Below are positions 1 to 9,658 of a DNA stretch of 64,000 nt, in pieces. Numbering within the stretch: the stretch's first letter is position 1; every line of letters begins with the position of its first letter. The DNA lies in assembly GCA_963706285.1 (NCBI GenBank), contig CAVPLU010000004.1:32001-96000 (forward strand), written 5' to 3'. The position numbers and the translations under genes were made by a program. A model generated the notes under the pieces. It saw only the letters and a list, made by a program, of their open reading frames with translations. It did not search any database and had not been told where the DNA came from. This stretch comes from Candidatus Bathyarchaeota archaeon. Its GTDB lineage: Archaea > Thermoproteota > Bathyarchaeia > 40CM-2-53-6.

Positions 1-609
1 GTTGTTCACTTCGGCCTCTGGGGACCCGTAGATCCCCTCCAACGTTACTGGTTGCTGGATGTGGGCGTACGGATTCTTTGAACCGTTGAGGTGGTTCTTC
101 ACGGCAACGCGTGCGAGATCCTCTTCTGTCACACCGTATTTTTCCATGTACAGTCTCGCTAGCATCCCAGCTAGGGATGGGAGTGTAACGCCGTGAACGT
201 ATTCGGCCTCTATGTTGGTCATTGTGGCTATGTAATCGGTGATGACTTCGCCTGGTACGTGTCGCATCTTCTCCCCACCCGTAACGAGGACCGTGTCGTA
301 CAGGCCGCACGCAATTGCACAGAAGGCGTTCTTGACAGCGGATCCTCCAGATGCAGGGCCGTTCTCCACGCGATCCGCGGCAGCGGGAGTCAACGCTAGC
401 TGGTCCACAAGGGCGCTCCCCACGGCTGTCTGATGGTTCAATTCTCCGGCCAACATGCTGGCCGCATAGACTGCGTCGATGTTCTTGTCGCTTGCGCCGG
501 CATCCTCTAGCGCTTTGATGCTAGATTCGGTCATAAGGCTGAGCAGAGTCTTATCGTCGTGTCTGCCGAACTTCGTCATGCCGCAACCTACGACGGAGAC
601 GTCTCTCGA
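1..609 (-). CDS. Thiolase family protein (acetyl-CoA acyltransferase/SCP2-like), N-terminal part; runs off the window edge
   Basis: Manual translation of the reverse strand gives RDVSVVGCGMTKFGRHDDKTLLSLM...GPASGGSAVKNAF...YDTVLVTGGEKM, a typical archaeal thiolase N-terminus. No canonical in-frame start codon (TCG at 607-609). Confidence 0.85.
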
Positions 610-625
610 GTCTGCTCCCTCATCA

Positions 626-1292
626 CTATTGAGATACCCAGTCTAGGGGTGCGTTCTCAAATGTTCCGGCTTTCTTCAGCACATCGTCAGGTACAGGTCT
701 TGATCCCAGCACAAGTCGAGGCTTGACTTTCTGATAGATTTCTCTAGTTATTGCCCAGGCCTTGGCTCCGCCCAATTCATGTTGCACGCCTGGTTTGACT
801 TGGAGCCCCCACTCAACAATCCAGCGGCGAAAACCGATCGGGCTCTCTGCAGTCACAAGTATCTCTTCCGCTCCCAAGGTTTCCATGGAATGTTCATGTT
901 TAGCTGCGAACAGGTGAGCACCAACCCTAGCACCCCGTTTCAGATGCCGTCGTGTGATAGCTGATGTGAGTCTTCTGATCATGTGCACGGGTGTTGACGA
1001 TTCCAGCCAAAGTTCCGTCAACGATTCCGATGAGACAGAACTCGTTTCTGACTCTACGTCTGTACCATCCCAGCAGCTCGGCGTATTGTCTAGCCGCGAC
1101 AATGTCGTAAAAGTCTCTTGACACTGTTAGGAGCGGCGTGATAGCCTGAAGCAGTTTCGGAACTTCTTCCCTCGCAGCCTCCCGAACTATCATGCGTTCA
1201 CCGGTAGGAAGAAGAACCGTTTTGGGAGGGTAGGGTTTCTTGGGAATGTCCCAATCTATCCCAAGTATGGACTCAATATCTTCACTCAACAA
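626..1292 (-). CDS. GNAT-like N-acetyltransferase family protein, frameshifted near 944
   Basis: ORF 927..1292 (DFYDIVAARQYAELLGW...ISYHT) and ORF 626..1102 (RGARVGAHLFAAK...ESPIGFRRW...QHELGG) join into one GNAT-like protein of about 220 aa. Confidence 0.65.
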
Positions 1293-1473
1293 ACTGCCAC
1301 CGTATTTCGTAGCTCCGAATGCAATTATAGGCTTTTATCATGTCTTGGTAGGTAGCAAATTACTCGCCGTGCTGATGGCTTGACAACCTGACGCCGCCAT
1401 TCGTTGCAAGCGCAAGTTCTCTCTTTGACCGCTAGACACAAATTTCAGTGAAGCTATGGCGCCTTGATTCACG

Positions 1474-2070
1474 TTGGTACTAGTGGAAGACAAAAGATCC
1501 AAGAAAGTGGCGGTCATCGCCCACTGCTTGCTCAACCAGAACGCAAAGGTGAACGGATTCGCTCTCTTCCCAGCCATGATCAAGCCGCTGATCGATATTC
1601 TGCATAAGAACGATTTCGGGATCATCCAGCTTCCCTGCCCCGAAACCACACTATTGGGAACAAGACGATGGTGGTGCGTGAGGGAACAATACGACACACC
1701 GGGGTATCGAATGCACTGCATGAGAATCCTCGAACCAATACTGCCACAGATAGCGGAATACCAGAAGGAAGGGTACAAGGTGGTACTCATTGGTCTGGAT
1801 GGCAGTCCATCCTGCGGAGTAGACTGGTCAGGCACAGGCAAGATGTGGGGCGGCCCTCCAAAAATCCCCGAAGAGGAGATAGTGAAGTATCCGCTAGCGA
1901 AGAAACCTGGAATCTTCTTCGAAGAGCTGATCGCCATGATGAAGAAGGCGGGAATCGAGAAGCCTCACATGATCGGCGCAGGCTTCGACATGCCAGGATT
2001 CAAGATGGATACTATTATTGAAGGGATAGATGCGTTCCTCCGCAAAGTCATAGAACGCCTTGAGTCGTAA
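1474..2070 (+). CDS. TudS/DUF523-related putative desulfidase (CD3072-like family)
   Basis: Motifs HCLLNQN, QLPCPE and GSPSCG match the three-Cys Fe-S pattern of the DUF523/TudS superfamily. Confidence 0.8.
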   Translation: MVLVEDKRSKKVAVIAHCLLNQNAKVNGFALFPAMIKPLIDILHKNDFGIIQLPCPETTLLGTRRWWCVREQYDTPGYRMHCMRILEPILPQIAEYQKEGYKVVLIGLDGSPSCGVDWSGTGKMWGGPPKIPEEEIVKYPLAKKPGIFFEELIAMMKKAGIEKPHMIGAGFDMPGFKMDTIIEGIDAFLRKVIERLES

Positions 2071-2210
2071 AGTCGATCTAGCTAGCGCCCCTCAGAGTGG
2101 TCTGCGGATAAAGCGCATGAAACGCCAACCTTTGCCGCTTCACTTCTAACAGACAACTGTCTCCTAACATGCAGTACAGGTTAGCTGGTAAGAAAGGACT
2201 CGTTGGCAAA

Positions 2211-2226
2211 GCCTTTAATAAAAAAG
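2211..2226 (+). promoter_or_regulatory. Putative archaeal TATA box for the BMP transporter operon
   Basis: CTTTAATAAAAAA lies about 30-40 nt upstream of the ATG at 2253. Confidence 0.45.
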
Positions 2227-2252
2227 GAAGCGCCATCCTGATCCGAGGAAAT

Positions 2253-3320
2253 ATGAACAACAAGACAACAGCGGTTGCGCTGATAGTAACGCTCGTCATC
2301 GGAATCGTGGTCGGAATTGCAGCAGCACCAATGGTCACGACCTCAGTCATAGGAGGAGTGACTCCCGGGATGACCTCTGCTATCTCCCAACTGAAAGTCG
2401 GCCTAATACTGCCGATAACTCCAGAAGACTACTCGTGGAACTACCAAGCGGACTACTCAATCAAACTGATTCAGAAACAGTTCGGATTTCAACTGACGAC
2501 TGCAGAGAACCTTTTCGACGGAACTAAGGCAGAACCAGTCGCTACCGACTGGGCATCAAAAGGATACAATGTGATAATCGGACAGGGAATTCAGTACCAA
2601 GACATGTTCAACAAGATCGCTCCACAGTTCCCCAAGACCGTGTTCGTCTGTGTCGACTGCTTTGCAGGCACGGGCAACGTGTACAATGTTTGGTGGTACA
2701 TGGCAGACGCAGCATACCTGATGGGACTACTAGCCGGCAAGATGACTCATACCAACAAGATCGGCCTGATTGGAGGTGGAAAAGCCATGTCCATCTGGGC
2801 AGGGCATGAAGCCTTCAAGAGAGGCGTTAGACAAGTGAACAAGGCTGCAACATTCCAGGAAGCATGGATGGCATTCTCATGGGCGGACGTTGCAGGTGCA
2901 AAGAAAGCAGGAGAACAGATGGCAGATCAGGGTGTTGACTTCATCTTCAGCAGCGGGGACGGAATCGATGTCGGTGTCAGACAAGTAGCCAAAGAAAAGA
3001 ACATCCAGATGACAGGAGTGTACGCGGATGCGGCACACCTAGATCCTGCCCACATAGCCCAGAGCATGGTCGTGCGATGGGACATAGCCTACCTTACAGC
3101 GATATTTGACTACGTACGCGGAGACTACAACAACAAATGGCTGCAGGCAGACCTCTTCGCCGGAATGGTCTCTCTGGGCGCATTTGGCAGCGCCGTACCA
3201 CAGGACACCCAAACCTACCTGACTGCACAGCAGAGTTCACTTCGAATGGGCGTCTCATTGCCATTCACGCTGGACTCAACGTGCTTCGACAAACCAGATC
3301 AACCGCAGTGCAAAGTCTAG
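2253..3320 (+). CDS. BMP family (nucleoside) ABC transporter substrate-binding protein
   Basis: N-terminal hydrophobic anchor; DYSWNYQ, AYLMGLLAGKMTHTNKIGLIGG and QGVDFIF segments are typical of BMP/PnrA proteins. ATG 2253 preferred over 2169. Confidence 0.85.
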   Translation: MNNKTTAVALIVTLVIGIVVGIAAAPMVTTSVIGGVTPGMTSAISQLKVGLILPITPEDYSWNYQADYSIKLIQKQFGFQLTTAENLFDGTKAEPVATDWASKGYNVIIGQGIQYQDMFNKIAPQFPKTVFVCVDCFAGTGNVYNVWWYMADAAYLMGLLAGKMTHTNKIGLIGGGKAMSIWAGHEAFKRGVRQVNKAATFQEAWMAFSWADVAGAKKAGEQMADQGVDFIFSSGDGIDVGVRQVAKEKNIQMTGVYADAAHLDPAHIAQSMVVRWDIAYLTAIFDYVRGDYNNKWLQADLFAGMVSLGAFGSAVPQDTQTYLTAQQSSLRMGVSLPFTLDSTCFDKPDQPQCKV

Positions 3321-4337
3321 CCAAGCTACGCGGCGTGGGCTACAACGCCCTCGCGCTAGCTGTGGGCATATCCTCGGGGCTGGCTCTGGTCCTCGCCACT
3401 GGCGGAGACATAAGAGCAGCCTCGATCTCCCTTTTGTTAAGCCCGATATCGAGTGTCTACAGTTTTTCCGAGATATTCGTGCGACTCACAATTCTCTTGA
3501 TAATGGGTCTAGGAATCTCTCTGGGTTTGAGGGCTGGAGTATGGAACGTCGGAGCTGAAGGGCAGTACATCGTTGGAAGCGTGATGGCGATGGTGACGGC
3601 AATGTACCTTACCTCCGTTCCTCCTGCACTGACGCTCGTCATCATGATGCTGGCAGGAGCAGGAGGCGGTGTTCTTTGGATGATCGTCCCAGCGGTTCTT
3701 AAGGCAAGATTTGGAGCTAACGAGATCATAGTCACTCTATTACTGAATCTCGTTGCATCGAACTTCCTCCTATACGCTTTGGATGGTCCAATCCGTGCAA
3801 AGGGATCAGGCGGATACCTAATCTCCGACATTCTGCCTCCTGAACTCAGACTTCCCAAGCTCATCCCCCAAACGAGACTGGGCATTGGGGTACTGATTGC
3901 ATTAGGTTTGGTCGTAGTATTCTATTTGCTGAGCGAAAGAACGTCTTTTGGTCTTCAAGTCAGAACAGTAGGAAGAAACCAGCAAGCAGCAAGATATGCC
4001 GGAATAAGCATACCGAGAATCAGTCATCATGACGCTACTTCTTGCAGGAGCGACGGCCGGCTTAGCTGGAGCAGTGCACGTTAGTGGCGTAATATTTACT
4101 CTTGATCCTGGATATCCTTCCGGCTATGGGTTCATTGCGATAATTGTCGCAATGCTGGGCGGAACATCTGTAGTCGGGACAACCATAGCTGCATTGGTGA
4201 TGAGTTACTTTATCGTTGGTGCTGAATCGATGCAAAGCGCCGCAGGTGTCCCCTTCGCTCTTGTATACACGATTGAAGGCATTATTCTCTTCAGCTTGGC
4301 CGCAGGTCAATATCTGATGTCTAAAGAAAACAGGTGA
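3308..4337 (+). CDS. Nucleoside ABC transporter permease 1 (BPD_transp_2), frameshifted near 4020
   Basis: WNVGAEGQY, ANEIIVTLLLN and VGRNQQAARYAGI in ORF 3137..4084; continues in ORF 4029..4337 (GYGFIAIIVAMLG). Confidence 0.85.
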
Positions 4338-4344
4338 CTCTGCC

Positions 4345-5271
4345 ACGGTCGATATTCTGTTCGCTGAAGCGATCTTGTATCAGACTCTGAAGCTGGTTCC
4401 CGCGATTCTCTTGGCGAGTCTTGGCGAACTCGTCGCGGAGAAATCCGGCGTAGTGAATCTTGGCGTCGATGGACTGATGCTGATGGGAGCGTTCACAGCT
4501 TTCACTGTAACCTATTTGACAGGAAATCCATGGCTGGGCATAGTTGGCGCGGTCATGGTATCAGTTCTCTTGGGACTGATGTTTTCATATTTTGCGATCA
4601 ATCTACGTGTGAACCAAGTGGTCGTCGGTCTTGGTCTATGGCTGTTCGGTCTAGGGCTATCTGACACTCTCTTCAGAGGATTCTTCTCCATTGGCTACAC
4701 GCCAACTGTGCCAATAATTGGAGACATAAGCATTCCATTCCTAACTTCGATCCCTGTTATTGGGAGACTCTTCTTTGGACAGAATCCAATAGTCTACATC
4801 TCCATTTTTCTGATACCTGTCGTGGCACTCTTTCTGAGCAAAACGAACCTGGGAATGAGGATTGCAGCCGTAGGTGAGAATCCAAGGGCCGCGGAAACAA
4901 TGGGGGTTGATGTCTACAAGATCCGGTATATAGCGGTGCTAATTGGCGCCGCATTTGCAGGCGCAGGCGGCGCATACTACTCGACAAGTCTCCTGAGTAC
5001 ATTCATCCTAAACATCACTTTCGGGCGCGGCTTCATAGCAATAGCTATGATATACTTCGGAAAATGGAAGCCCTATCGTGTTTTGCTACCACTAATAATC
5101 TTCAGTTTCGTTGATTCACTGCAACTTGGCGTGCAGACTTTGGGTGTACCGATAAAGTACTTCTTCCTCAACATGATTCCTTACATTACGATTATTGCAT
5201 TGATTCCGATACTTGGCAGACATGCGGAGGCTCCCGCAGCCCTCATGGAGCCGTACAAGAAAGGCGGATAA
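4345..5271 (+). CDS. Nucleoside ABC transporter permease 2
   Basis: EKSGVVNLGVDG, AVGENPRAAETMGVDV and GRGFIAIA motifs. Start uncertain (ACG 4345 after AGGTGA, or TTG 4375). Confidence 0.9.
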   Translation, partial: TVDILFAEAILYQTLKLVPAILLASLGELVAEKSGVVNLGVDGLMLMGAFTAFTVTYLTGNPWLGIVGAVMVSVLLGLMFSYFAINLRVNQVVVGLGLWLFGLGLSDTLFRGFFSIGYTPTVPIIGDISIPFLTSIPVIGRLFFGQNPIVYISIFLIPVVALFLSKTNLGMRIAAVGENPRAAETMGVDVYKIRYIAVLIGAAFAGAGGAYYSTSLLSTFILNITFGRGFIAIAMIYFGKWKPYRVLLPLIIFSFVDSLQLGVQTLGVPIKYFFLNMIPYITIIALIPILGRHAEAPAALMEPYKKGG

Positions 5272-5288
5272 ATCCAGGCGATCGGATC

Positions 5289-6830
5289 CTATGACGAATG
5301 CGATTTGCTCTGCGTCATTAGCCTAGCGATCTCTTCCACTTTAGCTTGCGCAACAGGGAATATCCCGGAAATTCGGCCGTTACTAATGACTGCAATCCGA
5401 TCGCTCATGTCAAGAAGTTCGTCAAGTTCATTGGAGATCAGAAGAATAGCTCTTCCCTTCTTCTTCTCCTTCATCAGTAGGTTCCGCGTGTACTCAGTTG
5501 CGGCAACATCCAAGCCCTTAGTAGGATTGTGGGCAATAACGATTTTCGGTCCCCAGAAGAGTTCTCTTGACAGCAGGAACTTCTGCTTGTTTCCTCCAGA
5601 AAGGGTCCATGCCTGCACATTCTCCGACTGAGTAGCAACATTGTACTCTGAAATCAATTTCGTCAACTCCGATCTTACGGACTTCAGGTCCAGCAAACCA
5701 GATTTTGTGAACATCTTTGCTATGTGCGGCTCTATAATCAGATTGTCCGGTAGGGAGAAATCGAATACCAGTCCAATCTTCTGATCTTCTGGAATGTGGG
5801 CTACACCAAGCTTCCTGATTTCATCAGGAGCCAACCCTGTGACATCGTTACCCATGATGAGAAGCTTGCCGCCAGTTGGCTTGCGAATACCGGTTGAGAC
5901 TTCAACTAGCTCTCTCTGTCCGTTTCCTGCTATTCCCGCGAGGCCTAGGATCTCTCCGCCTTTGACGGAGATCGAGACATCTTCGAGAGCAGGAAATCCA
6001 ATGTTGTTCAATGCTGATATGTTTTGAAGCTCAAGGAAGGCTTCCCCGATTTGCGACGATAGTCTGTCCACTCGAAAGACCACATCGCGTCCGACGATCA
6101 TCTTTGCCAGGTCTGCCGCCGTAACGTTTCTTGTGGCTTCGGTGGCAACAACCATCCCGCGTCTTAGTACTGTCACGTTATCGGTTACGGCCAGAATCTC
6201 GTCGATCTTGTGTGACACAAAAATGACGGATTTTCCCGAAGCTACCATTTGCCGCAATGCAGAGAAAAGTTCACGAGTTTCCAGGGGCGTCAGCACAGAT
6301 GTCGGTTCATCAAGAATAAGTATGGTTGCGCCCTTGTAGAGGGCCTTTAGAATCTCAACCGACTGTCTCTGTCCTGCGGATAGGTCTCTGATTGTAGCAT
6401 TCGGATCAACAGCAAGTCCGTGCTGCCTAGCAACTTCCGTGATATGTTTCGCCAAGCCTTGGCGATCAACGAATGGGTGTTTCCATCCCTCGCCCTCCAT
6501 GACAGAGATGTTCTCGACAACTGTCATTGTGGGGACGAGCATGAACTCCTGATGCACCATCGCGATTCCAGAGTTCATTGCATCCTTGGGAGAACGGAAG
6601 TGCATTTGTTTACCATTGACGAGGATCCTGCCGCAGTCAGGGCTGTAGAGACCGTAGATGATGTTGCAGAGAGTTGTTTTGCCGGCTCCATTCTCGCCTA
6701 GAAGAGCATGAACCTCTCCGCGTTTGAGGCTGAATGTGATGTTGTTATTGGCTAATAGTGTTCCAAATTGTTTTGTGACACCTTCGGTTGCCAACGCGAG
6801 GTCGACTGGGTTGGTCCTCTCGGATGCCAT
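5289..6830 (-). CDS. Nucleoside/sugar ABC transporter ATP-binding protein (double ABC domain)
   Basis: GENGAGKTT, LSAGQRQ, ILDEPT, and second-domain LSGGNKQK. Confidence 0.92.
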   Translation of the reverse strand: MASERTNPVDLALATEGVTKQFGTLLANNNITFSLKRGEVHALLGENGAGKTTLCNIIYGLYSPDCGRILVNGKQMHFRSPKDAMNSGIAMVHQEFMLVPTMTVVENISVMEGEGWKHPFVDRQGLAKHITEVARQHGLAVDPNATIRDLSAGQRQSVEILKALYKGATILILDEPTSVLTPLETRELFSALRQMVASGKSVIFVSHKIDEILAVTDNVTVLRRGMVVATEATRNVTAADLAKMIVGRDVVFRVDRLSSQIGEAFLELQNISALNNIGFPALEDVSISVKGGEILGLAGIAGNGQRELVEVSTGIRKPTGGKLLIMGNDVTGLAPDEIRKLGVAHIPEDQKIGLVFDFSLPDNLIIEPHIAKMFTKSGLLDLKSVRSELTKLISEYNVATQSENVQAWTLSGGNKQKFLLSRELFWGPKIVIAHNPTKGLDVAATEYTRNLLMKEKKKGRAILLISNELDELLDMSDRIAVISNGRISGIFPVAQAKVEEIARLMTQSKSHSS

Positions 6831-6974
6831 GTCATGCGGAGTGGATCAGGACGCTAAAGAGCCTTGCGGCATTTCAGCAGCGTTTGTGATGTCATTAGTT
6901 GAATTGAATTCGGGCAATTCTTATTAGCTCGTAACAGTCGCGCGTTGCAGAGGGTGCAAGGAGGCCGGATAGAT

Positions 6975-7813
6975 ATGCAAAAAAAAGTATTCACTTTCTT
7001 GCTTGTTGCATTGGCTTTCTCCGTTTTTGCCTCCAGCTCGGCCTCAGCAACAGCTCAGAGATCGGCACAGCAGGCTGAGATTGAGCTGTCGCTTGATCAC
7101 CAAGTCTTGCGCGATCAGATCATGGTGATCTCTGGTCGTCTAATCACATCGAGTAACTTCCCGATAGCATTAGCCAAGATCCGACTCCAATACTACAGAT
7201 TTGGTGAGACTGATCTTACCCGAGAGGTTGTTCTGATCACATCTAATCCGGTGGCCGGTTCGAGGATAGATTCAACACAACTTCTTTGCTGAGGGTTGGA
7301 ACGTGGGTCGTGAATGCGTCGTTTCCAAGTCAGTTCGGATACGAGAGTACGTCAACGCTTCAGACGTTTACTATTGTGGTGCAACCGGCTCTGTCACTGT
7401 ACCTTTCGAGTCACGAGATTGTGTTGGGCCAGTCGGTCGCGTTCAATGGACTGCTTTTCGCGTGCATACCCTGTATTCAAGATGAAGTAGTCGTGATTCT
7501 TAGTCGCCCAGACAACACATCGGTGTCAATTCCTTTGCGCTTGACGGCTATCGGTGGGCCTTACCCTGGAGGATACTACAATGGAACATTCACGCCGGAC
7601 GTTCCGGGGACGTGGCACGTTACAGCTTTTTGGAAAGGCAGCGAGGTGACTTTGCCCGCACACTCGCAAGTAGAGGAGCTTCACGTGGATTCGGCGGGAA
7701 CAAGGTTAGACGTGGGAATGTTACTCTTTGCCGCGATGGCAGCTGCGGCGCTTGGCGTTGTCGCACTCACGATAATACTGCGGCAAAGACGTTTGCGGAA
7801 GAACCTTGGTTGA
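6975..7813 (+). CDS. Secreted, membrane-anchored Ig-like beta-sandwich protein, frameshifted near 7258
   Basis: Signal peptide MQKKVFTFLLV..ASA; beta-rich repeats (GTWVVNASF, FTPDVPGTWHVTAFWKG); C-terminal TM helix followed by RQRR. Confidence 0.65.
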
Positions 7814-7814
7814 G

Positions 7815-7905
7815 TGGTGGGCCGGGAGAGATTTGAACTCTCGACCACCTGCGTTTCCTGGATATCTGTCAGGCAGGTATCCTAACCAGACTAGACGACC
7901 GGCCC
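7815..7905 (-). tRNA. tRNA-Val(GAC) with a 13-nt intron in the anticodon loop; CCA encoded
   Basis: Reverse complement reads GGGCCGG-TC-GTCTAGTCTGGTTAGGAT-A-CCTGC-CTGACA[GATATCCAGGAAA]C-GCAGG-TGGTC-GAGAG-TTCAAAT-CTCTC-CCGGCCC-ACCA. Confidence 0.92.
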
Positions 7906-7987
7906 ATGACTGCGGTGAATGGGGTTAGGAAACATAAAGATTCTTCGAGGATTGTGGGATGAGATTCCGGTGCGTTGTGCGTGTTCT

Positions 7988-8176
7988 TCACACGATTCTT
8001 ACTCGGTTGACGTTCTTGTTTTGCCAGGAGTAGCGTCGAATCTTGGCTGAGGCACCGAAACCGCATGCCGCACATTTCTTCTTCGTAATGTGGTATGAGT
8101 GACGGCCGCATCGTCGGCATCTGATGTGGGTCTTGGATCGGCTTCGTGGCCCAAAAGAGGGCGTGCCCTTTCCCAT
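7988..8176 (-). CDS. rpl37e: 50S ribosomal protein L37e
   Basis: [29 protein letters not shown]. Confidence 0.97.
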   Translation of the reverse strand: MGKGTPSFGPRSRSKTHIRCRRCGRHSYHITKKKCAACGFGASAKIRRYSWQNKNVNRVRIV

Positions 8177-8273
8177 TTTCGTTCACCCGCATCAGCAAAA
8201 CAGAACGGGTATTTATGTCAACCTAGAAGAGCCCCGGTAGTCGGCACTTGCGGTGAATCTGAAGTGTATGCGC

Positions 8274-8507
8274 CTAGCGGCTCGGAGGCGGACTCACGAG
8301 TACCACGTTGTCGCCTCTCACGATGATTGTTCCAATCTTCCTTGCGTTGTCAGGGTTCGTGATGTCATCAGCGTCCTCGAGGACGAGGTTCATGTGCTGA
8401 TCGTAACTGTAGAGTTTTCCCCTCACAGTGCGGCTGCCCTTAAGTTCGACCAAGACGATCTTGCCTAAGCTTTCATCGAAAATCTTTGTGGCGACGTCGG
8501 AAGACAT
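8274..8507 (-). CDS. Sm/Lsm RNA-binding protein (SmAP)
   Basis: YDQHMNLVL and IVRGDNV Sm motifs; conserved linkage to L37e. Confidence 0.95.
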   Translation of the reverse strand: MSSDVATKIFDESLGKIVLVELKGSRTVRGKLYSYDQHMNLVLEDADDITNPDNARKIGTIIVRGDNVVLVSPPPSR

Positions 8508-8649
8508 TTTTTCGTGTTCTCCGGTTGGGGTTGAAGTCTAAGCACCAACCCACACAATTTAAGGGTTAGGGTCTCAAATCAGCCTTCAACCAGAAAACTT
8601 TCTGCAATGCAGACTGGTTGCCCACGAATACGCCAGCAATTGGAGGAAG

Positions 8650-9138
8650 ATGACTTCGAAAAGGATAGCTCTCAAGTCCAGCGAGGCAAAGCGAGTGGTC
8701 CAGGAATTCGGCCAGAAGTTTCCAGTATTCGCGGCAGATCTTCACAGCAAGCAATTAGTCGAAGAGATAGATGTGGAGGACGGCAAATTGTACATTCTCG
8801 ACAACAAGCCCTTCGCGGTCTCCAAGGCAAGTGGACTGTTCCCAAGCCTAATGAATGACGACGTGTTGAAAACGCTTCCATCGATCACAGTCGACATGGG
8901 CGCGATCCCGCATATTTGTAATGGAGCCGATATCATGAGACCAGGAATAAGAGTGATCAACGGCGAATTCGAGAAGGGAGCCGTTCTACTAGTCAAAGAC
9001 ATCAAGTTCGGCAAGTCGATTGGAATCTGTATTGCAGAGGTTTCATCCGGATCTATGCAGACAATGGGAAAAGGAAAAGCTGCACAGAACGTGCACTATG
9101 TCGGCGACAGTTTTTGGCAGGCTATGAAGCCGGACTAG
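8650..9138 (+). CDS. PUA-domain RNA-binding protein (DUF1947+PUA, MCT-1-like)
   Basis: VDMGAIPHICNGADIMRPGI and GKAAQNVHYVGD. Confidence 0.9.
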   Translation: MTSKRIALKSSEAKRVVQEFGQKFPVFAADLHSKQLVEEIDVEDGKLYILDNKPFAVSKASGLFPSLMNDDVLKTLPSITVDMGAIPHICNGADIMRPGIRVINGEFEKGAVLLVKDIKFGKSIGICIAEVSSGSMQTMGKGKAAQNVHYVGDSFWQAMKPD

Positions 9139-9298
9139 TTCACTTTATGCCAAGTTCTAGTTGATTTGTCGATCCTATCTCGCGTCACATATACGTGAGG
9201 TTGCACACGTTCCTGATAGAAATGGCTGAGGTTCCCGAAGGTTTAAACTGACGCTCCCGACCGTTTTACCCGAGCCTGCAAGCTACCAGTGTCATCCT

Positions 9299-9625
9299 AT
9301 GAGCAAACAGGGAGCTAATGATGTCTCTGACTCACGGTATGTCAGAGCTATGCCGCTAAGTCAATTGAAGGATCTTGACTCTATTGAACGCGTGCTGTCT
9401 GCTGGCAACGTTTTGATAGTCAAGATCACCCCGATCGCGAAGAGGAGCGTTGAGGAGACAAAGGTCGCTATCAACCAGCTCACAGATTTCGCGAAACGTC
9501 AAGGCGGCGACATCGCTAGACTAGGAGAAGAACGGGTCGTGCTGACTCCGCCCGGAATTAGGATTTGGCGAGAAAAAAGTCAACCAGCAAGCCCATCGTC
9601 AACTCCCGAAGGGCACGGGAGCTAA
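9299..9625 (+). CDS. sepF: Cell division protein SepF (archaeal DUF552)
   Basis: GNVLIVKITP...GGDIARLGEERVVLTP. Confidence 0.85.
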   Translation: MSKQGANDVSDSRYVRAMPLSQLKDLDSIERVLSAGNVLIVKITPIAKRSVEETKVAINQLTDFAKRQGGDIARLGEERVVLTPPGIRIWREKSQPASPSSTPEGHGS

Positions 9626-9658
9626 CGGGCTAGTCAGTAATTCCCTATCGCGTGTAGT

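Noticed and set aside
1338-1937. Long antisense ORFs (also 44259..44786, 56978..57592, 61152..61643 and others)
   Set aside because: Shadow frames of well-supported genes on the opposite strand.
3308-4337. Programmed ribosomal frameshifting in the split genes
   Set aside because: No consistent slippery heptamers at the break points; the scattered distribution fits sequencing indels.
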